Below, in pieces: positions 38,086 to 50,268 of a stretch of DNA of 64,000 nt. Each line of letters begins with the position of its first letter. The stretch's first letter is position 1. A program made the translations under genes and the position numbers. Source of the DNA: Escherichia coli (lineage in GTDB: Bacteria; Pseudomonadota; Gammaproteobacteria; Enterobacterales; Enterobacteriaceae); NCBI RefSeq assembly GCF_036507355.1, contig NZ_AP027877.1, one strand, 5' to 3'. The notes beneath the pieces are model-generated. The model ran no database searches. It was not told the DNA's origin and saw only the letters and a program-made list of their open reading frames with translations.

Positions 38086-38877
38086 TTACATCGCGTTCAG
38101 ACGTTTTTGTGCCTGTTTAGCGCCATCAGTACCAGGGTATTTACTGATAACCTGCTGGTATACGGCTTTCGCTTTTGCGGTGTCACCTTTGTCCTGCATG
38201 ATGACGCCGACTTTAAACATCGCATCTGCAGCCTTTGGTGACTTCGGATAGTTTTTCACTACCGAAGCAAAATAGTACGCCGCATCATCTTTTTTACCCT
38301 TGTTGTAGTTTAACTGACCCAGCCAATAATTGGCGTTTGGCAGGTAAGTTGAATCAGGGTAATTTTTGATGAAATTCTGAAATGCCACCATTGCGTCATC
38401 CTGGCGGGATTTATCCTGCACCAGCGCAATAGCTGCATTGTAATCCGTGTTTGCATCACCGCTTTTCACCGGCGCGCCAGCATTCGCAGTACCAGCATCA
38501 GCTGTCGGCGTCGTTGATGCCGCCGCACCGCTTTGATCACCGCTGGTTGATTGCGCCGCTGCACCACCGCTGCTGAGGCTGTCGATCTGCAACAGGATCT
38601 GCTTTTGCCGCTCCACGACCTGATTCAGTTGATACTGATTTTCCTGAATCTGACCACGCAGGGAATCAATATCGGATTGATTATCAGAGAGTTGTTGCTG
38701 GAGTTGGGTTAAAAGCTGGCTGTGAGCATTAGAAATACGCTCAAGTTGAGTGACGCGGTCTTCGACCGAGCCTGAGCCGACACTACTGATTGGTGCCTGA
38801 GCAAAAGCGGCCCAGGGGGCCGCTATACCAACCAGTAACGACAGACTCAATAGTTGATGTCTGAAGTTACTGCTCAT
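38086..38877 (-). CDS. cpoB: Cell-division coordinator CpoB (YbgF), TPR protein
   Basis: 263 aa with signal peptide, coiled coil and C-terminal TPR repeats; downstream of pal. Confidence 0.93.
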   Translation of the reverse strand: MSSNFRHQLLSLSLLVGIAAPWAAFAQAPISSVGSGSVEDRVTQLERISNAHSQLLTQLQQQLSDNQSDIDSLRGQIQENQYQLNQVVERQKQILLQIDSLSSGGAAAQSTSGDQSGAAASTTPTADAGTANAGAPVKSGDANTDYNAAIALVQDKSRQDDAMVAFQNFIKNYPDSTYLPNANYWLGQLNYNKGKKDDAAYYFASVVKNYPKSPKAADAMFKVGVIMQDKGDTAKAKAVYQQVISKYPGTDGAKQAQKRLNAM

Positions 38878-38886
38878 GCAATTCTC

Positions 38887-39432
<546 letters not shown>

Positions 39433-39442
39433 TTAATTATTA

Positions 39443-40735
39443 TCACAGATACGGCGACCAGGCAGGGAATTTGACCTGTCCATCAGTTGCCGGAAGACGC
39501 GCTTTGAAACGCCCATCTGTAGAAACCAAATTCAGCACGGATCCCATCCCCTGAGAAGAGCTGTAGATTACCATAGTGCCGTTAGGTGCCAGACTTGGCG
39601 TTTCATCCAGGAACGTGGACGACAGAACTTGTACGCCTCCCGTTGCCAGATCTTGTTTGGCAATGTGCTGCTGCCCACCGTTGGAGCTGACCATTACCAT
39701 AAATTTACCGTCGCTGCTGACATCCGCATCCTGGTTCTGCGAACCTTCCCAGGTAATACGTTGTGGCGCACCGCCGTTGATATTCACTTTATAAACCTGT
39801 GGACGACCGGCCTGGTCAGAAGTAAATGCCAGGTTCTGGCTGTCCGGGAACCAGGTCGGTTCGGTATTGTTACTGCGACCATCAGTCACCTGGCGGATCT
39901 GACCAGAAGCCAAATCCATTACGTACAGGTTCAGGCTACCGGTTTTCGACAAGGCGAATGCCAGTTTGCTGCCGTCTGGCGAGAATGCAGGCGCACCGTT
40001 GTGACGCGGGAATGAAGCCACCTGACGTACAGCGCCGTTTGCCAGCGTTTGGATAACCAGCGCGGAACGACCGCTTTCGAAGGTCACATAAGCCAGTTTA
40101 GAACCGTCTGGTGACCACGCCGGGGACATCAGCGGCTGTGGTGAACGGTGAACGACAAACTGGTTGTAACCGTCATAGTCAGATACGCGCAGTTCATACG
40201 GGAACTGACCGCCGTTGGTCTGAACAACGTAGGCAATACGGGTACGGAACGCACCTTTAATACCGGTCAGTTTTTCAAACACTTCATCACTGGCGGTATG
40301 ACCAGCATAACGCAGCCACTGCTTGTTCACTTTGTACGCGTTCTGAGCAAGTACAGTACCCGGTGCGCCGCCAGTGTCAACAAGTTGATAAGCAACATTG
40401 TAAGAACCATCCGGATTCGGAGTGACCTGACCGACAACTACAGCGTCAATACCCAGCGCGGACCATGCAGCTGGTTGTACTTCCTGCGCACTACCCGGCT
40501 GCTGTGGCAGACGAGCGCGATCTAACGGATTAAATTTACCGCTGTTACGCAAGTCGGCAGCAACGATGCCGCCAATATCTTCAGGTGCCGCACCAGGGCC
40601 CGCCCACTGGAAAGGAACAACTCCAATAGGACGACCGGAATCTACACCGCTGTCGATCACAATGCGGACTTCAGCATGAAGAACTGATGCCCACAATATG
40701 AGAAAACCAAATGCTACTCGTAATGCCTGCTTCAT
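39443..40735 (-). CDS. tolB: Tol-Pal system periplasmic protein TolB
   Basis: [21 protein letters not shown] signal peptide and beta-propeller; 430 aa. Confidence 0.96.
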   Translation of the reverse strand: MKQALRVAFGFLILWASVLHAEVRIVIDSGVDSGRPIGVVPFQWAGPGAAPEDIGGIVAADLRNSGKFNPLDRARLPQQPGSAQEVQPAAWSALGIDAVVVGQVTPNPDGSYNVAYQLVDTGGAPGTVLAQNAYKVNKQWLRYAGHTASDEVFEKLTGIKGAFRTRIAYVVQTNGGQFPYELRVSDYDGYNQFVVHRSPQPLMSPAWSPDGSKLAYVTFESGRSALVIQTLANGAVRQVASFPRHNGAPAFSPDGSKLAFALSKTGSLNLYVMDLASGQIRQVTDGRSNNTEPTWFPDSQNLAFTSDQAGRPQVYKVNINGGAPQRITWEGSQNQDADVSSDGKFMVMVSSNGGQQHIAKQDLATGGVQVLSSTFLDETPSLAPNGTMVIYSSSQGMGSVLNLVSTDGRFKARLPATDGQVKFPAWSPYL

Positions 40736-40867
40736 CATATCTCCCTTATCTGGACCGATGGCCCACGATAATTTAGCAGAATGTTAACAAACTAAAATAC
40801 ACAAAACTACCAGAACCCCGTGGCAACCGGTGCCTGATGTTGACCGTCGGAACAGTCAGCATCGCGA

Positions 40868-42133
40868 TTACGGTTTGAAGTCCAATGGCGCGTTTTTGAA
40901 CACTTCATATACTGCCTGGCTTGGTGGTTTCGGGATCTTCGCAAGTTTAGCTGCTGCCAACGCAGCTTGACAAAGTGCGGGATCGCCACCTTCAGGTTTG
41001 ATATCCAGTAACATACCATCGGGTGCCAGTTTTATGCGCAGCGTACAGGTTTTGCCTGCATAGGACGATGCGTCATAGAACTTACTTTCGATAGCAGATT
41101 TAATCTGCCCGGCATAGTTATTGATATCGGCCCCTGATGCGCCATTGTTTTTAGTATTACCACTCCCGGCAGGCGAAGCATTGTTCCCTTTCGCCCCTCC
41201 CCCCGTTTTCGGTGCATTCTTACCAGAGCTTAGCTCACCGAAAATATCATCTGCCTCTGCGGCAGCTTTTGCTGCAGCGGCTTTTTCAGCTGCTGCTTTT
41301 GCAGCTGCCGCTTTTTTGTCTGCGGCGGCTTTTTCTGCCGCTGCTTTCTTATCAGCTGCTGCCTTTTCTGCAGCCGCTTTTTCTGCTGCTTTTTTGTCGG
41401 CTGCAGCTTTCTCTGCTGCCGCTTTCTTATCAGCTGCAGCCTTTTCAGCAGCCGCTTTCTTCTCAGCTTCTGCCTTGGCTTTTTCAGCAGCTTCAGTTGC
41501 CGCTTTCTTTCTTGCTTCAGCTGCAGCTGCTTCTGCCGCTTCCGCTTTCTTCTTCAGCGCCGCAGCGGCTGCCTCGGCTTTTTTCTGCGCTTCGGCTGCG
41601 GCTTTGGCGGCTTCTGCTTCTGCTTTTTTCTTCGCATCTGCAGCCGCTTTCTTCGCTGCATCTTCCGCAGCTTTAGCATCCGCTTCGGCCTTCGCTTTAG
41701 CATCTGCCGCCGCTTTCGCTGCCGCCTCTTCCGCTTGCTTCTGCTTTAACTCGGCCTGTTTTGCGGCTTCTTCAGCCTGCTTTTTCTGTTCCTGAGCAGC
41801 TAACCGCTCTTTCTCAAGTTGCTTCAGGCGTTCCTGTTCAGCCGCTTGTTTCTCACGCAGTTCTTCAGCAGCCTGCTGTTCCTTCATCTTGCGCTGCTCA
41901 TCAGAACGCTTCGCGCTTGATTCCTGGCTTTGCATGCGTTTGTACTGCTCAACTACCGCACCTGAATCAACCATGACAGCGTCGATGGACGAACCACCGC
42001 CGCCTCCAGCTGAAGCTTCTATATTCTCATCGAACGAACTCCAGATCAGCGCCGCAAATAAGATGACATGCAGCACTGCTGAAATAATTATCGCCCGCTT
42101 GAGCTTGTCGTTTTGTTCGGTTGCCTTTGACAC
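40868..42133 (-). CDS. tolA: Tol-Pal system protein TolA
   Basis: 421 aa; N-terminal TM anchor, long Ala/Lys/Glu-rich helical domain, C-terminal globular domain. Confidence 0.96.
   Translation of the reverse strand: MSKATEQNDKLKRAIIISAVLHVILFAALIWSSFDENIEASAGGGGGSSIDAVMVDSGAVVEQYKRMQSQESSAKRSDEQRKMKEQQAAEELREKQAAEQERLKQLEKERLAAQEQKKQAEEAAKQAELKQKQAEEAAAKAAADAKAKAEADAKAAEDAAKKAAADAKKKAEAEAAKAAAEAQKKAEAAAAALKKKAEAAEAAAAEARKKAATEAAEKAKAEAEKKAAAEKAAADKKAAAEKAAADKKAAEKAAAEKAAADKKAAAEKAAADKKAAAAKAAAEKAAAAKAAAEADDIFGELSSGKNAPKTGGGAKGNNASPAGSGNTKNNGASGADINNYAGQIKSAIESKFYDASSYAGKTCTLRIKLAPDGMLLDIKPEGGDPALCQAALAAAKLAKIPKPPSQAVYEVFKNAPLDFKP
41220..41800. repeat. Low-complexity coding repeat inside tolA (domain II)
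   Basis: Iterated gcagc(c/t)gc(t/c)tt... units encoding AAEKAAADKKA-type repeats. Confidence 0.8.
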
Positions 42134-42197
42134 TCTCGGTTTCCAAAAACTGTTCGCCTGTTACCCGCTCTCTTTCAAGCAAGGGAAACGCAGATGT

Positions 42198-42626
42198 TTA
42201 GATAGGCTGCGTCATTAAACCAACCGATTTCACACCCGCACTATGTAACAAGTTCAGTGCTTTAATTATTTCATCGTAAGGCACATCTTTTGCGCCACCG
42301 ATCAGAAAGACCGTTTTCGGGTTGGCCTTGAAACGGCTGGACACTTCCGCCACCACCTGCTCTGGTGGTAAACGCTCAAGGCGATCTTTCTCAACCACTA
42401 CGGTGTACTGACCAATACCAGACACTTCAACAATCACTGGCGGATTATCGTTACTGCTCACCGCCTGTGATTCAGTTGCGTCTGGCAGATCGACCTCCAC
42501 GCTCTGGGTGATGATGGGCGCTGTCGCCATAAAGATCAGCAACAGCACCAGCAGTACGTCCAGCAACGGTACAATGTTGATTTCGGACTTGAGATCGCGA
42601 CGACCTCGTCCACGCGCTCTGGCCAT
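42198..42626 (-). CDS. tolR: Tol-Pal system protein TolR
   Basis: 142 aa MARARGRGRRDLKSEINIVPLLDVLLVLL... Confidence 0.96.
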   Translation of the reverse strand: MARARGRGRRDLKSEINIVPLLDVLLVLLLIFMATAPIITQSVEVDLPDATESQAVSSNDNPPVIVEVSGIGQYTVVVEKDRLERLPPEQVVAEVSSRFKANPKTVFLIGGAKDVPYDEIIKALNLLHSAGVKSVGLMTQPI

Positions 42627-42629
42627 GGC

Positions 42630-43723
<1,094 letters not shown>

Positions 43724-43872
43724 TTTACATCCCGGTAATGCAACAAAAGTTAGAGCTTTTAAACGCTGCTACTATACGCGCGCGATTGAGGTTTGGGAAT
43801 GAGGGCAAGTTAAGGGAGCGTAAAAATTTATGGGCCTGGAGCGGCCCATAATTTTTTAAAGAGAATTCTGAT

Positions 43873-44166
43873 TTAAAAGAAGAAGAAAATCAGCCCGACA
43901 ATGAGAACAATATCGGCAAGCAATGGGCAAAAAATCCCTTGCCAAAGAACCTTCTGCGGACGAAAGCCCACGCCGTGAATCACACCAGCACAGACGGCCC
44001 ACATCAGCAATAAACCATGCCAGATTTCCAGTTCACTGGTCTTCGCGGCAAAACGAGATGGGTCCCAAAACATACATCCTGCTAACAGAAGCGCCATCAC
44101 GAAGGAAAGCGCCCGCAGGGGGCGCTTGTCCATTACCGCATACAAGGTCGCGATAATCTTACTCAT
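43873..44166 (-). CDS. ybgE: cyd operon small membrane protein YbgE
   Basis: 97-aa hydrophobic protein downstream of cydX. Confidence 0.88.
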   Translation of the reverse strand: MSKIIATLYAVMDKRPLRALSFVMALLLAGCMFWDPSRFAAKTSELEIWHGLLLMWAVCAGVIHGVGFRPQKVLWQGIFCPLLADIVLIVGLIFFFF

Positions 44167-44279
44167 CAGATGTCTTCTTGACCGGCTTTGCCTGATTCGA
44201 CGTGCTCAAGCGCCAGCGCGGTGATTACCCCAAACGAACAGGCAAGAAGCGTTCCCAGAATCCATGCGAAATACCACAT
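44166..44279 (-). CDS. cydX: Cytochrome bd-I small subunit CydX
   Basis: Hand-translated 37 aa MWYFAWILGTLLACSFGVITALALEHVESGKAGQEDI; its stop overlaps the ybgE start (ATGA). Confidence 0.9.
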   Translation of the reverse strand: MWYFAWILGTLLACSFGVITALALEHVESGKAGQEDI

Positions 44280-44293
44280 TTTTAGCTCCTTAC

Positions 44294-45433
44294 TTAGTAC
44301 AGAGAGTGGGTGTTACGTTCAATATCTTCTTTGGTGATACGACCGAACATTTTCCAGTAACACCAGGCGGTGTAGAGCAGAATGATCGGTACCAGAACCA
44401 CCGCAACCCAGGTCATGACGTTAAGCGTCAGCTGGCTGGAAGTTGCATCCCACATTGTCAGACTTGCGTTCATCATGGTGCTGGACGGCATCACAAACGG
44501 GAACATTGCGATACCGGCTGTCAGGATGATGCAGGCCAGCGTCAGGGAGGAGAACACAAACGCCCACGCGGCTTTATCCATACGTGCAGTCAGGATGGTC
44601 AGCAGCGGCAGAACCACACCCAGTGCCGGAATAGCCCACAGAATTGGCGTGTTGTTGAAGTTAACCAGCCATGCGCCAGCTTCACGAACCACTTCTTTAT
44701 TCAGTGGGTTAGAGGCTGCGTAATGGTCCATTGTCGATTTCACGACATAACCATCGATACCGTACATCACCCATACGCCAGCCAGTGCGAAGCAGACCAG
44801 TGTCACCAGTGCCGCCACCTGAGCCGTTGCACGGGTACGCAGGTGCAGTTCGCCCACGGTACGCATTTGCAGATAGGTTGCGCCCTGAGTAATGATCATC
44901 CCTACGCTCACCACGCCAGCCAGCAGGCCGAACGGGTTAAGCAGCTGGAAGAAGTTACCGGTGTAGTACAGACGCAGATATTCATCAACGTTGAACGGTA
45001 CGCCCTGCAACAGGTTACCGAACGCTACACCAATCACCAGCGGCGGAACGAAGCTACCAATGAAGATGCCCCAGTCCCACATGTTACGCCAGCGGGTTTC
45101 TTCAATCTTGGAGCGGTAGTCAAAACCGACCGGACGGAAGAACAAAGACGCCAGCACGAGGATCATCGCCACATAGAAGCCGGAGAACGCAGCGGCATAG
45201 ACCATCGGCCAGGCAGCAAAGAGTGCGCCGCCCGCGGTGATCAGCCAAACCTGGTTACCGTCCCAGTGTGGAGCAATGGAGTTAATCATAATTCGACGCT
45301 CGGTGTCGTTACGACCGAGGAAACGGGTGAGCATGCCCACCCCCATGTCGAAACCGTCAGTGACTGCAAAACCAATCAGCAGAACGCCAACCAGCAGCCA
45401 CCAGATAAAACGCAATACTTCATAATCGATCAT
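44294..45433 (-). CDS. cydB: Cytochrome bd-I ubiquinol oxidase subunit II
   Basis: 379-aa membrane protein. Confidence 0.96.
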   Translation of the reverse strand: MIDYEVLRFIWWLLVGVLLIGFAVTDGFDMGVGMLTRFLGRNDTERRIMINSIAPHWDGNQVWLITAGGALFAAWPMVYAAAFSGFYVAMILVLASLFFRPVGFDYRSKIEETRWRNMWDWGIFIGSFVPPLVIGVAFGNLLQGVPFNVDEYLRLYYTGNFFQLLNPFGLLAGVVSVGMIITQGATYLQMRTVGELHLRTRATAQVAALVTLVCFALAGVWVMYGIDGYVVKSTMDHYAASNPLNKEVVREAGAWLVNFNNTPILWAIPALGVVLPLLTILTARMDKAAWAFVFSSLTLACIILTAGIAMFPFVMPSSTMMNASLTMWDATSSQLTLNVMTWVAVVLVPIILLYTAWCYWKMFGRITKEDIERNTHSLY

Positions 45434-45448
45434 TTGACGACTCCTGTC

Positions 45449-47017
45449 TTAGCGTGCCGGCTGAGTAGTCGTGGAAGACTGCTCAAAGTGATAGCGACCG
45501 GTTTTCAGGCTGCTTGGGCCGAGGCGTGCAAACTTGAACATTAAGAACAATTCTGCCACCAGGAACAGGGTATACAGGCCGCAAATCAGCACCATTGAGA
45601 AGATGAGATCGCCTGCGGTCAGTGACGAGTTCGCCACAGCTGTCGGCAGCACTTCACCGATAGCCCACGGTTGGCGGCCATATTCAGCCACGAACCAGCC
45701 CGCTTCTACAGCAATCCACGGCAGCGGAATACCGTACAGCGCGGCGCGCAGCAGCCATTTTTTCTCGCCAATGCGGTTGCGGATAACACTCCAGAAAGAG
45801 AGCGCGATGATTGCCAGCAGCAGGAAGCCACACGCCACCATGATACGGAACGCGAAGTACAGCGGCGCTACACGCGGAATGGAGTCTTTGGTTGCCTGTT
45901 GAATCTGAGCTTCAGTCGCATCAGCCACGTTTGGCGTATAGCGTTTCAGCAGCAGACCATAACCGAGGTCTTTCTTCATGCTATTGAACTGGTCACGAAC
46001 CGCCTGGTCGGTAGAACCAGAACGCAGCTGTTCGAGCAGAGAGTACGCCTTCATCCCGTTACGAATGCGTTCTTCATGCTGCACCATCAGTTCTTTCAGG
46101 CCGATAACTGGAGTATCCACGGAACGCGTTGCAATGATGCCCAGCGCGTAAGGGATCTGGATCGCAAATTTGTTCGTCTCCTCTTCCTGATCAGGAATGC
46201 CGAACAGAGTAAAGGCAGCAGGCGCAGGTTGCGTTTCCCACTCGGCTTCAATAGCAGCCAGTTTGGTTTTCTGCACGTCGCCCATTTCGTAGCCGGATTC
46301 ATCACCCAGAACAATAACAGACAGAACGGCAGCCATACCGAAGCTGGCAGCGATAGCAAAGGAGCGTTTAGCGAAGGCGAAGTCACGACCTTTCAGCATA
46401 TACCATGCGCTGATACCGAGGATGAACATCGCGCCAGTCACATAACCAGACGCTACAGTGTGAACGAATTTCACCTGAGCAACCGGGTTAAGCACCAGCT
46501 CGGAGAAGCTCACCATCTCCATACGCATAGTTTCAAAGTTGAAATCGGACGCGATTGGGTTTTGCATCCAGCCGTTCGCAACCAGAATCCACAGTGCGGA
46601 CAGGTTTGAACCGAGCGCCACCAGCCAGGTGACACACATATGCTGAACTTTACCCAGACGATCCCAACCGAAGAAGAACAGACCTACAAAGGTGGATTCG
46701 AGGAAGAAGGCCATCAGACCTTCGATTGCCAGCGGCGCACCGAAGATATCCCCTACATAGTGGGAATAGTAAGACCAGTTAGTCCCGAACTGGAACTCCA
46801 TGGTCAGACCGGTAGCCACACCCAGAGCGAAGTTGATACCAAACAACTTGCCCCAGAACTTGGTCATATCTTTATAAATCTGTTTGCCGGAAAGGACGTA
46901 GACCGTTTCCATAATGGCCAGCAGGAACGCCATACCGAGCGTCAGTGGCACAAAAAGGAAGTGGTACATCGCGGTCAAGGCAAACTGTAAGCGCGACAGT
47001 TCGACTATATCTAACAT
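45449..47017 (-). CDS. cydA: Cytochrome bd-I ubiquinol oxidase subunit I
   Basis: [24 protein letters not shown]...; 522 aa from the second ATG. Confidence 0.96.
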
Positions 47018-47355
47018 CATGACTCCTTGCTCATCGCATGAAGACTCCGAGAGTGAACCCCGTTAGAAAGGGTCACACGCATGCCCCAATACAAAATTAT
47101 TTGCTCGCCTCTATCGTTGCCATTTCATCAAAAGAGGAAAAGACAATGATAAAAAAAGTTACAAATATGTTAATGAATAAACCAAATTGATCCCGTAATT
47201 ATATTACGCCGCAAAATCCTTACAATAAACAGGTTTTTATTGAGCAAATTTGCATTTTTCGACAGTGATCAATTTATAGCGAAATTGTCACGATCTCACC
47301 AATTTGATCTACGACAATTTATCGTGTTTTGCAGAATTTTTTCAAGAATTAAAAA

Positions 47356-47369
47356 TTGATTTATATCAA
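47356..47369. promoter_or_regulatory. FNR-type site in the cydA upstream region
   Basis: TTGAT-ttat-ATCAA, a perfect match to TTGAT-N4-ATCAA, in the long AT-rich cydA control region. Confidence 0.6.
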
Positions 47370-47823
47370 AACCAATCAAATATGTTAATTATGTATAAAC
47401 CATAGATCATTGGTGATTTTATTGTTAATTTATTGTGAAATATTTATGCAACACAATTATTACAATGAAAAGGTATAGATAAAAAACCAGTATTTTATTT
47501 AACAGAACCGCCTTATCCACTTTTTATAATACCAATTGATTAGAGTAGCCAATTTGTTGCTATTTTACATAACATATTTTTATCAAAGTTAATTGATTGT
47601 TACCTTTATGAGCACCGACCGTAAGCCCGTTATGTTATTGTTTCATTAGTAATAATCACTTAAATGTATCGATGAAACAGGTATGACTTACCGGGAGTGA
47701 TTGTTTCTGAGTGAACAGAGGCCACTTTCGCCTGATAAATGAAAAATGAGCGATTTTTGCAAGTTAGTTTTTCTATAGCCGAGTACGCTCAGCGCCTCGC
47801 TTGATTACAATGAGGTTGCTGCT

Positions 47824-48768
47824 ATGAGTCCTGATAATATCGGTTCGGCTGTCAATCGCTTCTCAGGTTGGCCATCTAATGATTCTCTAAAAACAGATAA
47901 AGAATCAATGACATCACCCGTGACTGTGCAGGTAATAAAGATGATTGCCGCCATCCTTGACCCACATCGGATAGTCGTTGGAATCGATACACTTTATACA
48001 ACGCAGCGCGAAACATTTACCTCAGAGAGTCAACAGCTCATTGAATCAGCATTGCAAACACTTCATGTGATGAATTTAAATAATCTGGAAACAAATCGCG
48101 ATGAAGAAGGTCACTATCTGGCTTTTGAATATAACGTTGACACCTCTGACAGAATAACCGTTTCTGCTTATAATGAAAAAAAGCCTGGCTGCTATGGCCA
48201 ATGTCTTGTAATACAGGATGACGAAACAGACTTATTTAACCTGATAAAAATTAAAATTTTCGAAGCCAGGCATAATTATGTCGCTCAATTGATGAGCGAT
48301 CCGGAATTTATGTTCAAATTCAGTTATAGCGCTCAACAAAATAGATTAGAACCTCATCTTCTGGTTCCCGCTTATTTCCCTCTAAAAACAAACGAACCGG
48401 TTACGCAAGAGGATGTACTGTTACTTTATCGTTTCTTTAAAATGAATGATGATTTTAATAAATTAACATCAGATGAATACATGAGTATCCTGACACCTCT
48501 GATGAAGTGTGAGCGTAGCGTCCACGACAACAACAGGTATGTGACGGGCAAAGATACCCTTCTTCTGGACTATCCTCCTTCTGGTAACCAGATACATTTC
48601 CATGTTTTCCCTGACGAATCAGCAACACTAGTCCTTTATTTTTCAAACAATGACCTTGAATGTTTCGTCTTTGAAAGAGATATTCCTAGCCAGTATCGCT
48701 TTTTCAAAATGTTTACCAATCTGGCACTGGTTATAGATCAGTTAACCGAAGCCAATAAAATACTTTAA
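47824..48768 (+). CDS. Hypothetical protein, AT-rich, no recognisable domain
   Basis: 314-aa uninterrupted ORF with visibly lower GC than flanking core genes; absent from the K-12 gene order at this locus. Confidence 0.55.
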   Translation: MSPDNIGSAVNRFSGWPSNDSLKTDKESMTSPVTVQVIKMIAAILDPHRIVVGIDTLYTTQRETFTSESQQLIESALQTLHVMNLNNLETNRDEEGHYLAFEYNVDTSDRITVSAYNEKKPGCYGQCLVIQDDETDLFNLIKIKIFEARHNYVAQLMSDPEFMFKFSYSAQQNRLEPHLLVPAYFPLKTNEPVTQEDVLLLYRFFKMNDDFNKLTSDEYMSILTPLMKCERSVHDNNRYVTGKDTLLLDYPPSGNQIHFHVFPDESATLVLYFSNNDLECFVFERDIPSQYRFFKMFTNLALVIDQLTEANKIL

Positions 48769-48848
48769 TTTTCTATATATCCCTATGGCTAATATTGCTA
48801 AACAATGCCTGGGGATTAATTTTTATTACTCACGGAAAGATTTAAATA

Positions 48849-49271
48849 ATGATACCATCTCAGATCTCTTTCAATACCCTTCCAGTCAATGCAACATACG
48901 CTTCAGAGACAACAGTTGACACACAAAAATTCTCTGACATCCTCTACTCAGCGGGGTGTTCCCTAAAGGATATGGCTTATCTGAGCAGATGTCTGGCATC
49001 AATACACCCGACTATCGCCAAAAACATTTATGAAACAGAAAATCTCAGCGATCAAAAATTACTGCATATTGATTGCCGTAGTACAAATGAAATCAAGATA
49101 AATATCTTTTTTGGTCAGCAAAGAGAAGGGTTAATTGAAATTAGTTCTGACACAGTTATTTTTTCGATACTGTCTTCATTGATTGACTCCGCCATTTCTA
49201 AATTTCAACACCAAAACCCGGTTAACGGTTTAGTTAATCCTGAAATATTGTATGAGGATTATACTGATTAA
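48849..49271 (+). CDS. Hypothetical protein, AT-rich
   Basis: 140-aa ORF immediately downstream of and co-oriented with the 314-aa ORF; plausible RBS (ggaaag) upstream. Confidence 0.45.
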   Translation: MIPSQISFNTLPVNATYASETTVDTQKFSDILYSAGCSLKDMAYLSRCLASIHPTIAKNIYETENLSDQKLLHIDCRSTNEIKINIFFGQQREGLIEISSDTVIFSILSSLIDSAISKFQHQNPVNGLVNPEILYEDYTD

Positions 49272-49818
49272 ATCCACCCTGTCGCGAAAAATGGCCTGCG
49301 TTATTGCCAGACGTAATAAAACCTTTGATTAACGTTACTCATACTGGTAGCACCTTCATGTACCTCTCTTTTTTACGAAAAATCAAAAGAGCTAACTAAG
49401 GTCATAATTCGCATGAATCATTAACCATTTGTTATTTTCAACATTATTTTTACATTAAGCAGAGATGAATTGCAGTGAAATTCGACTTAAATCTTATGAA
49501 ATGCATTTACTCATGGCTAAAACCACGTCACAAAAATGCAAATTAGAAGTAGATCACAATTATCTCAATACATTAAATCAAGTTAATTTTAAAAATTTAA
49601 CATTCATGACATTAGTTGACATAACACACTGAATTAACATGGAAATTTAAAAACACACTTTAAACAATCATTTCCCGAAAGACATTTTGAAAATAGATCA
49701 ATTGCAACATTACGGTCAGATAAAGACACTCCTGTGATATTAAACCTGTGCCGTTATGAACGGCCATAAATACGACGTGTGTAACTTATTTTACTCTCTG
49801 TCTTACAAAGGATTACCC

Positions 49819-50268
49819 ATGAAGAAAGCAACACTTGTGATTGGCGTTATTGGCGCGGACTGCCATGCAGTAGGCAATAAAGTTCTGGACCGCGTTTTTA
49901 GCAACCACGACTTCAGAGTCATTAATCTGGGCGTAATGGTCAGCCAGGACGAATATATTGATGCTGCCATTGAAACTGGCGCTGACGCGATTGTCGTCTC
50001 CTCTATCTATGGGCATGGCGATATCGACTGTCTGGGCATGCGCGAACGCTGCATCGAGCGTGGACTGGGGGACATCCTGCTCTATGTGGGCGGTAACCTG
50101 GTGGTCGGAAAACATGACTTCGCTGACGTGGAAACCAAATTCAAAGAGATGGGATTTGATCGCGTCTTTGCCCCAAGTCATGACTTAGAAGATGTTTGTC
50201 AGCTGATGGCCCACGATATCAACCAACGTCATGACATTGATACTCGTATTCTTGAAGAGGCTATCTGA
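49819..50268 (+). CDS. glmS: Glutamate mutase sigma subunit (B12-binding)
   Basis: [22 protein letters not shown]... with the DxHxxG cobalamin-binding motif; about 149 aa; RBS aaagga. Confidence 0.85.
   Translation: MKKATLVIGVIGADCHAVGNKVLDRVFSNHDFRVINLGVMVSQDEYIDAAIETGADAIVVSSIYGHGDIDCLGMRERCIERGLGDILLYVGGNLVVGKHDFADVETKFKEMGFDRVFAPSHDLEDVCQLMAHDINQRHDIDTRILEEAI

Noticed and set aside
41121-41795. Plus-strand ORFs (224 aa and 154 aa) of Ala/Leu/Ser-rich low-complexity sequence
   Set aside because: They lie antisense to the tolA repeat region and are an artefact of the stop-poor repetitive coding sequence.
44264-45544. 426-aa plus-strand ORF
   Set aside because: It is antisense to cydB, which is confidently identified, and has His/Gln/Arg-rich non-protein-like composition.
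45671-46609. 312-aa plus-strand ORF
   Set aside because: It is antisense to cydA.
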